Shown here one piece after another: positions 8,707 through 18,228 of a DNA stretch of 64,000 nucleotides (positions are counted from its first letter, which is position 1; every line of letters begins with the position of its first letter). Both the position numbers and the translations under genes were made by a program. This DNA comes from an uncultured Candidatus Saccharibacteria bacterium. Lineage in GTDB: Bacteria; Patescibacteriota; Minisyncoccia; Phycocordibacterales; UBA2100. The notes below the pieces were generated by a model, which saw only the letters and a program-made list of their open reading frames with translations, searched no databases and was not told the DNA's origin. The stretch spans positions 124,965 through 188,964 of the forward strand of contig CAYYEX010000002.1 in NCBI GenBank assembly GCA_964471165.1, written 5' to 3'.

Positions 8707-9203
8707 ATACCGAAGAACTCGAGTACCTTGTGTGCGATAGGTTCTTTCATGTGAACTTCTTCGGCATGCTCTTTCATGTATGCGCGAACGAGTCCAGGTT
8801 CAATATCGTGGATTGGAATAATCAGGTTTGGCGACATAAATTTAATTGTGTCGATGAGGAGGAGTGGATGACCGTCGTGTTCGTCTTCTACCCAGAACGA
8901 AATGATTTCGTGATAGTGGTGCAGTGTTTTGTCCACGCGGACACCTTTGGCAGAGATTTCAAATGTTGATACTTCTGGTGCGTGCCGTGCAAGTAACGCA
9001 ATCGTGAATGCTGCCACTATAATGAGCACTCCAAAAAGTACATCGCTCAGGATTATCGCAGTGAGGGCAGCGCACGCTGCTGCAATTCCAAGTGCCCAAA
9101 ACCACTCAGAGCCACGCTCAATGTGTTCGTGCTCGTAGGCATTCCACCGGAGAACTACAGTGTGGTCCTGCATAGATGAAATTATTGTAGCATCGCGCAA
9201 CAT
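8703..9203 (-). CDS. hypothetical membrane protein
   Basis: two TM helices (WFWALGIAAACAALTAIILSDVLFGVLIIVAAFTIALL); start could also be internal ATG at 9173. Confidence 0.45.
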   Translation of the reverse strand: MLRDATIISSMQDHTVVLRWNAYEHEHIERGSEWFWALGIAAACAALTAIILSDVLFGVLIIVAAFTIALLARHAPEVSTFEISAKGVRVDKTLHHYHEIISFWVEDEHDGHPLLLIDTIKFMSPNLIIPIHDIEPGLVRAYMKEHAEEVHMKEPIAHKVLEFFGI

Positions 9204-9239
9204 GCACGAACGTCATTGTCGTGCTACAACATGCTCTAC

Positions 9240-9324
9240 GGAGGGATGGCAGAGTGGTCTATCGCACCTGTCTTGAAAACAGGAGTGCCGCAAGGTACCG
9301 AGAGTTCGAATCTCTCTCCCTCCG
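9240..9324 (+). tRNA. tRNA-Ser (anticodon TGA)
   Basis: acceptor GGAGGGA/TCCCTCC, anticodon stem CCTGT/ACAGG with loop CTTGAAA, long variable arm, T-arm GAGAG-TTCGAAT-CTCTC, discriminator G. Confidence 0.85.
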
Positions 9325-9378
9325 CAACGAATTCATAGTTCGGACCACACCGAACACGCGCTCACTGCATCAGTTAAG

Positions 9379-9927
9379 ATGTGGTGTATGAGTGTATCCG
9401 CCCAAATGCGCACTGCAGCTATATGGGGAATCTGTGCGATTGCCGCGCAAATCGTGTTTTTAACCATACAGGGTGTTTTACAGGGTTCTTTTAGCCCGAT
9501 GTTTAAATTCTTCTGGTTCGAGCTCGCCGTCTTTCTTACGGCGCTGTCCTTCACAATACATATGTGGGGGTACAGTCATCTCGGACAGAAAGTTCAAAAC
9601 GTGTGGCTAGTCTTCAGTGCGCAGGGGCTCGCATTCTTTTTTGCAGTCATCGGTGGTTTTGTGATGGTCGCAGGAGTTATGAATGGTTTTTTCGCGGGTT
9701 CGGGTATACACCTGCTCAACGGTATACAGGGCATCGTTTTTATCCTCTTCTGCATCCCGGCGCTTACGTTCGTTATTTCGCTTATCTCGACTTATAAAAG
9801 AGTCGGCATTCTATCTGTTCTTTCTGTCGGGGTGGTGGTATTTCCTGTCGCAATGGCAATTCCGTGGCTGCTTATCCTTTTCCTCATTCCGTCCGTGATT
9901 CTTCTGTTTCGCGAGTCAAAGTACTAA
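9379..9927 (+). CDS. hypothetical polytopic membrane protein
   Basis: 5-6 predicted TM helices, no motif recognised. Confidence 0.5.
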   Translation: MWCMSVSAQMRTAAIWGICAIAAQIVFLTIQGVLQGSFSPMFKFFWFELAVFLTALSFTIHMWGYSHLGQKVQNVWLVFSAQGLAFFFAVIGGFVMVAGVMNGFFAGSGIHLLNGIQGIVFILFCIPALTFVISLISTYKRVGILSVLSVGVVVFPVAMAIPWLLILFLIPSVILLFRESKY

Positions 9928-9965
9928 GCAACCGCAAAGACCTCGGAAGTGATAGAGTATTCCAA

Positions 9966-10973
9966 ATGGCAATTTCAAAGACCCGGGGCTTTATGCCGGT
10001 CCTTGCGGCTCTCATTGGGAACGCGCTCGTAACGGTCTTTAAGACGATTGTGGCACTCAGCTCAGGCTCGAGCTCAATGTTTTCCGAAGCAATTCACAGC
10101 TTTGCAGACACTGCGAATCAGGCACTGCTCCTAATCGGCGTTACGCGCTCCCGAAGAAAACCGACAACCGAGTTTGGTTATGGTTTTGGTAACGAGCGCT
10201 TTTTCTGGGCACTCATTTCTGCGTGCGGAATATTTTTCGTTGGGGCAGGAGTTACGATGTATCACGGCATCGAGGCAATCAGGCATCCAGAACCAATTTC
10301 TATTGGCGTTTCAACGTTTGCGGTGCTTATCGCCGCCTTCGTGATTGAGGCGCTCACGCTGTGGGTCGCGTTACGCTCACTCGCAAATCACTACCCCAAG
10401 AAGTCTTGGGCACAGCGTATCGAACTTGCAGACCCGTCGACTCTCGCGGTTTGTTTAGAGGATAGTGTTGCAGTGATTGGCGTTGTGATTGCAGCGATAT
10501 CCATATCCGTTTCGTACATGACGGGCAATCCGGTCTGGGACGCAATTGGCTCAATCATTATTGCGACACTTCTTGGACTCGTTGCGGTCACACTCATTGC
10601 AAAAAATCGCTCCTATCTTATCGGTCGCTCCATTCCGGACGACGACAAAGAAGCAATCATGGATGTGCTTCGTGCGGAGCCTGCAATAGAACGCGTTATC
10701 GACTTCAAGTCGACCGTGCTCGATATTGGCGTGTATCGCGTGAAGTTCGAGGTCGAGTTTAATGGGGCGGCACTCATGAATGAGGCGTACCAGCAGGAAT
10801 CGCTCTTGTCCGAGTTCGACAATATCTCAAACGACTACGAAGCGTTCAAACGCTTCTGTGTTTGGTATGCCGATCGCATCCCGCGCATGATGGGGAAGAA
10901 AATCGATGAAATCGAGTCACGTGTCAGAGATGCATGCCCCGAAGCCCGCTATATCGACATTGAAATCAACTAA
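9966..10973 (+). CDS. cation diffusion facilitator (CDF) family metal efflux transporter
   Basis: FSEAIHSFADTANQALLLIG, six TM helices followed by cytoplasmic C-terminal domain; start at MAISKTRG. Confidence 0.8.
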   Translation: MAISKTRGFMPVLAALIGNALVTVFKTIVALSSGSSSMFSEAIHSFADTANQALLLIGVTRSRRKPTTEFGYGFGNERFFWALISACGIFFVGAGVTMYHGIEAIRHPEPISIGVSTFAVLIAAFVIEALTLWVALRSLANHYPKKSWAQRIELADPSTLAVCLEDSVAVIGVVIAAISISVSYMTGNPVWDAIGSIIIATLLGLVAVTLIAKNRSYLIGRSIPDDDKEAIMDVLRAEPAIERVIDFKSTVLDIGVYRVKFEVEFNGAALMNEAYQQESLLSEFDNISNDYEAFKRFCVWYADRIPRMMGKKIDEIESRVRDACPEARYIDIEIN

Positions 10974-11033
10974 TCGAGTGTCATACAACACGGGCGAGTG
11001 GATGTTTCCCGGACACCCGCGTACACTGTGCCG

Positions 11034-11378
11034 ATGAAGTCTTTTTCTGGCACGGTCATTCGCGGCTCACAACGAGCAGCGTCTCTCGGATATCCCACCA
11101 TCAATCTTGCCGTCGACAACATGAATACCGATGGCATTTTTGCTGCGATGGTTGTTATCGACGGCCGCGAGCGCATGGCGGCAGCCTTTGCCGACCCACT
11201 GCGCGGCCTCCTCGAGGCGTACATTCTTGATGTAACTGAGGATTTTTACGGGAGGGAGGCGAAAATCGTGCTCCACAAGAAAATACGTAGAAACCAACAC
11301 TTCGCTACCGACGAACTCCTCAAAGCGGCAATCGCTTCCGATGTGGAAAATGTTCGGGCATACTTCACACAATTATGA
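11034..11378 (+). CDS. monofunctional riboflavin kinase (flavokinase, bacterial/eukaryotic RFK type)
   Basis: GTVIRGSQRAASLGYPTINL matches the G.V..G...G..LG(F/Y)PTxN flavokinase motif; ~115 aa. Confidence 0.75.
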   Translation: MKSFSGTVIRGSQRAASLGYPTINLAVDNMNTDGIFAAMVVIDGRERMAAAFADPLRGLLEAYILDVTEDFYGREAKIVLHKKIRRNQHFATDELLKAAIASDVENVRAYFTQL

Positions 11379-12337
11379 CGCCGGTAGCTCGCTCGCTCGC
11401 GTTTTTCGGCCCACTCCTTGTGTTTGCTGCCGCAATGCTCTGGGCTACCGACGCCCCGTTCCGTACTCATCTCACAACTGATTTATCATCAAGCTTTATT
11501 GTGCTTGCCGAACACGCCGTGAATCTGTTGTTCGTGATTCCGATTCTTTTCTTCAACTGGCGAGAGCTCGGAAAGTTTACTAAACGTGAGTGGGGAGCAG
11601 TGCTTGTAATTGCAGTCGGCGGCTCCGCCCTTGCTTCCATTGCGTTTACTGAGTCGTTCAAATATGTAAACCCATCGGTTGCGATACTTTTGCAAAAAGT
11701 ACAACCACTTATCGCGATTTCACTTGCAGCACTTCTCCTGAAAGAGACAATGCATAAATATTTCTGGATATGGGCTGCGATTGCTATGGGGGGCGCGTAT
11801 CTCATCAGCTTTCCGTCTATTCGTCCGCAGCTCTACGACGGCGAAGTGTTTAACCCGAACACACTTGGCGTACTCTTCGCGCTCCTGGCCGCAGTACTTT
11901 GGGGTGCTTCGACAGTGCTGGGGAAGTATGCGCTGCGCGTAAGTTCGTTCCAGATGCTCACCGCGCTTCGCTTCGGTATTGCATTTGTATTCTTGTTTTT
12001 TCTCGCCTCCACGCAAGACCAACTGCCACCATTTGCCGCGGTCACGTCTACCGATTGGCTTTTCATCGCTATCGTAGCGGCAGTATCCGGTGTGTTCTCC
12101 CTCTCCCTCTATTACTACGGTCTCCAATACACCAAGGCATCGATTGCCACACTTGCAGAGCTCGGGTTTCCGCTCGCTGCAGTTTTTGTAAACGCATATT
12201 TTATTGCGGGCAACGTACAGCCGGGGACATACTTCGGACTATTCTTAGGTCAATGGCTCGGAACAGCACTGCTTCTTTTCTCGCTCTACATGCTTAGCCG
12301 TGAGAACAGCGCGGAAGCTGCAGTTGCTGTCGCATGA
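11375..12337 (+). CDS. EamA/DMT-superfamily 10-TM transporter
   Basis: two EamA-like halves, 10 TM helices; embedded in flavin gene cluster (RibN-type riboflavin importers belong to this superfamily). Confidence 0.7.
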   Translation: MTPVARSLAFFGPLLVFAAAMLWATDAPFRTHLTTDLSSSFIVLAEHAVNLLFVIPILFFNWRELGKFTKREWGAVLVIAVGGSALASIAFTESFKYVNPSVAILLQKVQPLIAISLAALLLKETMHKYFWIWAAIAMGGAYLISFPSIRPQLYDGEVFNPNTLGVLFALLAAVLWGASTVLGKYALRVSSFQMLTALRFGIAFVFLFFLASTQDQLPPFAAVTSTDWLFIAIVAAVSGVFSLSLYYYGLQYTKASIATLAELGFPLAAVFVNAYFIAGNVQPGTYFGLFLGQWLGTALLLFSLYMLSRENSAEAAVAVA

Positions 12338-13074
12338 AGTTGATTAGTCTGAATCTGTGGTGCGGTGCGGTGAATGGACCGTTGTTGGATTTTCTAAAAA
12401 TACACCAGGACGTGGATTTTTTTCTGTTTCAAGAAATGCTCGACAATGCGACTGCTAAAACAAATTGGGACAACCGCGGAAACCCACACTTGTTTGCCGA
12501 TGTACGCGAGTTACTTGTAAACCATCGTGCATATTTTGCTCCCGCAGAAAGTGGTGAATACGGACTCGCTGGTTTTATTGCAAAAAAACACACGCTCACC
12601 GCAACGGGGGATGTATTCATTCATCGGTATAAGGATGCGATGGAAAATGACGATGCTCGTCTGCTCGGTAGGAACCTTCAGTATTTCGATGTGGTGGTGG
12701 ACGGCCGCCCGGTTTCACTCTTAAACTTTCACGGGCTTTGGACCGGCGTAGACAAACAAGATACCCTCGAGCGAGTTGCACAATCAAAAAAGATTTCTGA
12801 ATTTGTGTCCAAGCAGACAGGGGACTTTATTCTCACGGGAGATTTCAACTTGATGCCCGAGACGGAAAGTGTGCGGGTACTCGAGAGCATGAATGTTCGC
12901 AATTTGATACGGGACTACCACGTGCTGACAACACGTACTTCTTTTTATACAAAACCTGAAAAGTTTGCCGACTACATGTTCGTCTCGCCAGGAGTCACTG
13001 TAAAGGATTTCCGAATACTTCCAGACGAGGTTTCCGATCACGCGGCAATGTATCTAGAATTCGATTTGCAATAG
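12334..13074 (+). CDS. endonuclease/exonuclease/phosphatase (EEP) family protein
   Basis: LTGDFNLMPETE and C-terminal SDHAAMYLEFD motifs. Confidence 0.7.
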   Translation: MKLISLNLWCGAVNGPLLDFLKIHQDVDFFLFQEMLDNATAKTNWDNRGNPHLFADVRELLVNHRAYFAPAESGEYGLAGFIAKKHTLTATGDVFIHRYKDAMENDDARLLGRNLQYFDVVVDGRPVSLLNFHGLWTGVDKQDTLERVAQSKKISEFVSKQTGDFILTGDFNLMPETESVRVLESMNVRNLIRDYHVLTTRTSFYTKPEKFADYMFVSPGVTVKDFRILPDEVSDHAAMYLEFDLQ

Positions 13075-13078
13075 ACCT

Positions 13079-13720
13079 ATGTTCACGGGAATTATTGAAA
13101 AGCTGGCACGTGTGAAAGTGACCAAAAGACAGAACAAGGGGATTCGTGTTCAAATCGAGAAGCCTCGCGGATGGAAGCTCGTCATCGGCCAAAGCATTTC
13201 GGTTGATGGTGTTTGTTCAACTGTTGTTGCGCTGTCCGCAGGAGGCTTCGATGTCGTCTATATGCCCGAGACACTTCTGAAAACAACAGCCCGTTCGATT
13301 GCAAAAGACTCGCGAGTGAATCTTGAACGTTCGTTGGTATATGGAGCGCGTATTGAGGGGCATATTGTGCAAGGACACGTTGACGCGCAGAGTAAAATCA
13401 CGAGCATCGTTCAACAAGGGTCGTCGCGACTCCTCACGTTTCCGATTCCTGTCGCGTATAGGCGGTTTGTAACCCTCCATGGGTCAATCACTGTGCATGG
13501 TGTTTCGTTAACCGTTGCCCGTCTCAAGACGGGATTGTGCACGGTGGCGCTTATTCCGCACACACTCTCGCATACAAATCTCGGTCATCTGGCGAAAGGG
13601 GACGCTGTAAATATCGAGGTCGATTACCTAGCTCGATATGGCATTGCTGCGCCTTGGCAGAGTGGTACAGTACTCCGCAATGCAACGAAAGGAATACAAA
13701 AAAGAGCGCGCAGTCGGTAA
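13079..13720 (+). CDS. ribE: riboflavin synthase (alpha subunit)
   Basis: MFTGIIEKLARV start, two lumazine-binding repeats (GQSISVDGVCSTVV / GSITVHGVSLTV), ~210 aa. Confidence 0.85.
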   Translation: MFTGIIEKLARVKVTKRQNKGIRVQIEKPRGWKLVIGQSISVDGVCSTVVALSAGGFDVVYMPETLLKTTARSIAKDSRVNLERSLVYGARIEGHIVQGHVDAQSKITSIVQQGSSRLLTFPIPVAYRRFVTLHGSITVHGVSLTVARLKTGLCTVALIPHTLSHTNLGHLAKGDAVNIEVDYLARYGIAAPWQSGTVLRNATKGIQKRARSR

Positions 13721-14141
13721 CGGCTCCAAACTCAAAGTCGCACTCGTTGTGTCGCGTTTCAATAGCGACATCACCGACTCCATGCTTGAGGCAGCACGCG
13801 AGACGCTTCGCGCATGGGGAGTGACTGCGCGAAACACCACCACTGTGTTTGTTCCCGGAAGCTTCGAGATTCCCGTCGCCTGCCAAAAAGTAATCGCAAA
13901 AACAAAACCACACGCAATCATTGCACTCGGTTGTATCATTCAGGGTGATACAAAACACGACCACTACATTGCCTCGGCAGTTTCCCATGGACTCATGAGA
14001 CTTTCTCTCGACCACAAAATTCCAATTTCCTTTGGAATATTAACTACCAACAACTTAGCGCAAGCGAAAGCCCGTTCTCGGGGAAAGGAAAATAAAGGCC
14101 ACGAAGCTGCGCTTGCCGTATTGGAAACGGCTCTTTTGTAA
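13680..14141 (+). CDS. ribH: 6,7-dimethyl-8-ribityllumazine synthase
   Basis: KVALVVSRFNSDITDSMLEAA...VFVPGSFEIPVA...AIIALGCIIQGDTKHDHYIA; start assigned to internal ATG 13680 to limit overlap with ribE. Confidence 0.85.
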   Translation: MQRKEYKKERAVGNGSKLKVALVVSRFNSDITDSMLEAARETLRAWGVTARNTTTVFVPGSFEIPVACQKVIAKTKPHAIIALGCIIQGDTKHDHYIASAVSHGLMRLSLDHKIPISFGILTTNNLAQAKARSRGKENKGHEAALAVLETALL

Positions 14142-14146
14142 TAACG

Positions 14147-14560
14147 ATGAAGCGCATAATGGTGTTCGGTACGTTCGATATTCTTCACGAGGGACACCTC
14201 AACTTTTTTAAACAGGCCCGTTCGCTTGCCGCAGACCCGCAACTCATAGTTTCTATTGCGCGCGACGCGTCGGCGGAGCGTATCAAGGGAGACAGTCCGA
14301 AAAATAACGAATTGTTTCGGATGAAAGAAGTGGAAGCATCCCCACTTGTTGACGAGGTCGTGATGGGGGACAGGGACGGGTTTATAAAACACATCATCTT
14401 GGCTCGACCGGATATCATTGCTCTTGGGTACGACCAAAAGAGTGAGTATGTGACAGAGTTGCAGGCGGAGCTTGATAAAGCAGGGCTCCCGACGCGCATT
14501 GTTCGACTCAGGCCGTACAAGCCCCATATCTACAAAACATCGATACTTAAGAACCAATAG
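14147..14560 (+). CDS. archaeal RibL-type FMN adenylyltransferase (FAD synthetase), cytidylyltransferase fold
   Basis: GTFDILHEGH nucleotidyltransferase motif plus IVSIARDASAERIKGDSPKNNELFRMKEVEASPLVDEVVMG and ARPDIIALGYDQ, RIVRLRPYK closely paralleling M. jannaschii RibL; genomic context flavin genes. Confidence 0.7.
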   Translation: MKRIMVFGTFDILHEGHLNFFKQARSLAADPQLIVSIARDASAERIKGDSPKNNELFRMKEVEASPLVDEVVMGDRDGFIKHIILARPDIIALGYDQKSEYVTELQAELDKAGLPTRIVRLRPYKPHIYKTSILKNQ

Positions 14561-14574
14561 GGCATACTGCCAAT

Positions 14575-15216
14575 ATGAAGATTACCAAGTACGGCCATTG
14601 CTGCCTGCTCGTCGAAGAAAAGGGCGTGCGGCTTCTCACCGACCCGGGAGCATTCACGGCCGATACTCACACAAACCTTACGGCCCTTGATGTTATTTTG
14701 TATACACACGAGCACGCCGACCACTTCCATCTCGACTCCCTGAGGCTCCTGCGGCAGAACAATCCTGGCGCAATTGTTATTTGCAACGAAGGTGTGAGCT
14801 CATTTTTGGAAGCAGAGGGAATACCACATACAAAAATCATAAACGATACTCACGAATACAACGGGGTAACCATTACAGGCATTTCGGGCGAGCATGAGGA
14901 AATCTATCCAACAATTCCGCGCATTCAAAACACGGGGTATCTTATTGCACAGAAACTGTGGTACCCGGGAGACTCGTTCGTCAATCCGGGCATGCCCGTA
15001 GATGTGCTTGCGCTCCCTGTTGCTGGTCCGTGGCTAAAACTTTCCGAAGCATTAGATTATGCGGTTATGCTCAAGCCGCAAAAAGTTTTATACGTTCATG
15101 ACTGGATTTTGAGTCCGTCGGGACAGAGTGTGACGGAGCGCGTGGCAAAAAGCATCCTTTCTGCGTATCCTATTTCTTTGTTTAGTCTGACTCTCGGTGA
15201 GACATACGATTTTTAA
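14575..15216 (+). CDS. MBL-fold metallo-hydrolase
   Basis: YTHEHADHFH metal-binding motif. Confidence 0.7.
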   Translation: MKITKYGHCCLLVEEKGVRLLTDPGAFTADTHTNLTALDVILYTHEHADHFHLDSLRLLRQNNPGAIVICNEGVSSFLEAEGIPHTKIINDTHEYNGVTITGISGEHEEIYPTIPRIQNTGYLIAQKLWYPGDSFVNPGMPVDVLALPVAGPWLKLSEALDYAVMLKPQKVLYVHDWILSPSGQSVTERVAKSILSAYPISLFSLTLGETYDF

Positions 15217-15217
15217 A

Positions 15218-15610
15218 ATGAAATTTCTTGGAATAGATTACGGGGCAAAGAATATCGGCATCGCGGTGTCTGACGCCAATGGAACAATTGCATTTCCACG
15301 CGAAACCATTGCGAACATGCGTGGAGTAATTGGTTCTATACAAAAGATAATTGAGGAAGAAAAGATTGGATTCGTAGTTGTGGGGGATACGCGGAGTTAT
15401 GGTGGTATCCCGAACCCAATCACATTAAAGGTAAAAGATTTTGTCGAGGATCTAAAGAAGGTGCTCGATGTGCCAATAGCCTCGTCGTGGGAAGCGGGGA
15501 GCACGATGGAGGCAAATCGATACGACCCTGAGGGCGCTCACAATGATGCTGCCGCGGCGGCCATTATCCTGCAACGCTATTTGGATATCAAAACGGGAAG
15601 TGTAGACTAG
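15218..15610 (+). CDS. ruvX: Holliday junction resolvase-like YqgF/RuvX
   Basis: MKFLGIDYGAKNIGIAVSD RNase H-like N-terminus typical of YqgF. Confidence 0.8.
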   Translation: MKFLGIDYGAKNIGIAVSDANGTIAFPRETIANMRGVIGSIQKIIEEEKIGFVVVGDTRSYGGIPNPITLKVKDFVEDLKKVLDVPIASSWEAGSTMEANRYDPEGAHNDAAAAAIILQRYLDIKTGSVD

Positions 15611-15617
15611 ACGAACT

Positions 15618-15998
15618 ATGAATGAACCAATCGAACCAAAGCCGCTCCCTGAGGTCGCCGTTGAAAACAAAGGGGAAATATCGTACGACGACTTTGCGAA
15701 GCTTGATATCCGTGTTGGCACAGTAATTTCAGTTGAAAAAATCGAAAACGCGGACAAGTTGCTCAAATGCACGATTGATTTTGGTGATTTTGGGCAGCGA
15801 ACAATCGTTTCCGGTATTGCTGAATGGAAAACCCCCGATGATCTGGTTGGTAAACAACTCCCGTACATCGTGAATTTGGCACCACGTATGCTGCGCGGTG
15901 TTGAAAGCCAGGGGATGCTCATAGCGGCGTCAGACGAAAACGGCGTTGCGCTCCTTCATCCTGAGCGTGAAGTCCCGAAAGGCACAAAATTGAAGTAA
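15618..15998 (+). CDS. stand-alone tRNA-binding protein (Trbp111/CsaA-like OB-fold, equivalent to MetRS C-terminal domain)
   Basis: KLDIRVGTVISVEKIENADKLLKCTIDFGDFGQRTIVSGIAEW. Confidence 0.75.
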   Translation: MNEPIEPKPLPEVAVENKGEISYDDFAKLDIRVGTVISVEKIENADKLLKCTIDFGDFGQRTIVSGIAEWKTPDDLVGKQLPYIVNLAPRMLRGVESQGMLIAASDENGVALLHPEREVPKGTKLK

Positions 15999-16104
15999 CG
16001 AGAGGTTTGCTCCTGATATAATCCACAATATGTGGTCGTCGGATTCACCGGCTCTTTCGGGCGTAAAAGAATCGTTCTCGCGCAGACTCGCGCGCTGGTT
16101 TCCA

Positions 16105-17160
16105 ATGCCGAGACTTCTGATGCCGCGCGCGGCAGGTGTGGATATTTCTGACTCATCTATTAAGTGGCTTTCACTCGCTCCCGCTGAACATGGTTTGCGT
16201 GTCGAAACGCATGGGGATTTGCCACTTAAGTCCGGCATCGTTATGAACGGCGTGATTCACGATATCGCGGCGCTTGCCGACGTGTTGCGTTCAGTACGAA
16301 AGGAGCTCGGAGGTGTTACATGTGCGCATGCGGCTCTTCCAGAAGAAGCCGCCTACGTGTTCAGTATGCAGGTTCCTGGCGGGACTCCACGGGCTCAGAT
16401 TCTCGGCATGATTGAGTTTGAATTTGAGGGTCGTGTGCCGATTCCACCGAGCGCCGCCGTGTACGACTACAGCACCATTTCAACCGATGAGACGGGGAGC
16501 GAGGAGATCAGTGTTGTTGTGTTTCCGCGCGACGTTGCACAAGCGTATGTGGACGCATTTGCGACAGCGGGTATTACGCTGCTGTCACTTGAAGTTGAAG
16601 CACGTTCGATTGCCCGCGCCGTTTCATCATCGGATCCGGACGAGCCGATTGTGCTACTCGTGGATTTTGGTCGTGCGCGCACCGGTTTTGCAGTCGTGAA
16701 GCGAGGTGTACCAATTTTTACATCGACCGTTGAAGTAGGAGGGGACCTCATCGATAGAATACTGGTCGAGAAACTTTCTATGTCGCATGAAGCAGCAGAG
16801 CAATTCAAAAATGACGAAGGGCTACTTGCGGCGCGCGGCGGCAAATCACCACAGCTCGACGCAGTGAGTGGCGCAGCAGCAGCGCTCGCCGACGAAGTCG
16901 CGCGCCACTATCACTACTGGGACACTCGTCGCAATGAACACGGAGAACGGATGACGCCGGTAGGACGCGTGATTCTCGTAGGCGGAAACGCAAATCTTCG
17001 CGGGCTCTCGGATTACATCTCTGGCCGCGTGCAGGCAAAGGCGCTCCGCGGAAATGTGTGGAGACATGTGACTAACTTCGACGACTACGTTCCGCCTATT
17101 GATAAACACAACTCCTTGCAATATGCCACTGCAATTGGACTCGCTCTGCGGGGTATCTAA
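16105..17160 (+). CDS. pilM: type IV pilus assembly ATPase-like protein PilM
   Basis: actin-like fold motifs, VDISDSSIKWLSLA N-terminus, LVDFGRARTGFAV, VILVGGNANLRGL. Confidence 0.75.
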   Translation: MPRLLMPRAAGVDISDSSIKWLSLAPAEHGLRVETHGDLPLKSGIVMNGVIHDIAALADVLRSVRKELGGVTCAHAALPEEAAYVFSMQVPGGTPRAQILGMIEFEFEGRVPIPPSAAVYDYSTISTDETGSEEISVVVFPRDVAQAYVDAFATAGITLLSLEVEARSIARAVSSSDPDEPIVLLVDFGRARTGFAVVKRGVPIFTSTVEVGGDLIDRILVEKLSMSHEAAEQFKNDEGLLAARGGKSPQLDAVSGAAAALADEVARHYHYWDTRRNEHGERMTPVGRVILVGGNANLRGLSDYISGRVQAKALRGNVWRHVTNFDDYVPPIDKHNSLQYATAIGLALRGI

Positions 17161-17165
17161 CTCAT

Positions 17166-17675
17166 ATGACAAACGTTTTACCACTCCCGACACAAAAATC
17201 ACTCTGGGCCATGCACCGAGCGCGCTTCGTCAGTATGCTTTCGCTCATGCTCATTGGCCTGGCACTCTTGGCATTCCTCGCGCTGATTCCGAGCTTTGGT
17301 GCGCTCGAGGCAAATACGCTCTCAGATGATGAAATGACCCAGCAGAGTAGCACCGCGGCAGAGAGCCTCAAAAGTATGAAAAAATCTAAAGCACTCATGA
17401 CTGCGGTTCTTCCAATTATCGCAGCGACATCGTCACCGATGGCGGCGATTGAGAAAGCGGTATCGTTGCACCCAAAGGGGGCAACCGTGATACGTGTGCG
17501 ATACGTTGCCTCTGCTCACAATATCCAACTCGGAGGCACTGCAAATCGAGAAGCACTCACTGCGTATCGAACCGCTCTCGAAAACGATGGGGCTTTCACA
17601 TCGGTGTCGGTCCCGGTGGCGGCGCTCGTGGGTTCGAGCGGACAATATTCCATAACACTTGGGGGCGCATTCTGA
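17166..17675 (+). CDS. PilN-like pilus assembly membrane protein
   Basis: single N-terminal TM then periplasmic domain, position after pilM. Confidence 0.45.
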   Translation: MTNVLPLPTQKSLWAMHRARFVSMLSLMLIGLALLAFLALIPSFGALEANTLSDDEMTQQSSTAAESLKSMKKSKALMTAVLPIIAATSSPMAAIEKAVSLHPKGATVIRVRYVASAHNIQLGGTANREALTAYRTALENDGAFTSVSVPVAALVGSSGQYSITLGGAF

Positions 17676-18228
17676 TATGTCGAACAGCATAAAAATCACC
17701 TCGTGGATTCTACTCGTGCTCGCGATTGTTTTGTGGGTAGGAGTTGGGTATGCGGCGCATATGATTACAAGCACGGCCTCACAACGTTCAACAGACACGA
17801 TGCTTGCGCAAACGAAAGTAAATCAAGCGGCGCTCAACCGACGCGTCGAAGCGCTCGCAGAGAATACAAAGGAAAACCGTGAACAGCTGAAAGCGCTTGC
17901 GGGGGCAGACGTAGTTTCAATAATCGATATCATCGATGCTGCAGGAAAGAGTGCGGGAATAGAAGCACGAGTGAGTGACGCCGCGGTTGCCGGGACGCAA
18001 GAACTCGAGAAAAATGGAGACACGCTCAGGGCGGTCGTGTTTAACGTGCAGGGGGCCGGGACGTTCGCACAGGTAATGCATGCGGCACAACTGTACGAGA
18101 AGCTCCCGCTCCTTTCAACGATTGATCAGCTCGATATTGAAAAGGTGCAGTCGACCGACCCAAAGGCACCACCGTGGCGGATAAATGCACGCATTCGTGT
18201 ACAGACGTTAATCTCTGTATCCATATGA
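17659..18228 (+). CDS. PilO-like pilus assembly membrane protein
   Basis: N-terminal TM, coiled-coil segment, position in pilMNO order. Confidence 0.45.
   Translation: MGAHSDMSNSIKITSWILLVLAIVLWVGVGYAAHMITSTASQRSTDTMLAQTKVNQAALNRRVEALAENTKENREQLKALAGADVVSIIDIIDAAGKSAGIEARVSDAAVAGTQELEKNGDTLRAVVFNVQGAGTFAQVMHAAQLYEKLPLLSTIDQLDIEKVQSTDPKAPPWRINARIRVQTLISVSI

Noticed and set aside
13638-13679. Longer ribH start at 13638
   Set aside because: It would overlap ribE by 83 nt, and the internal ATG at 13680 gives the conserved lumazine synthase N-terminus.
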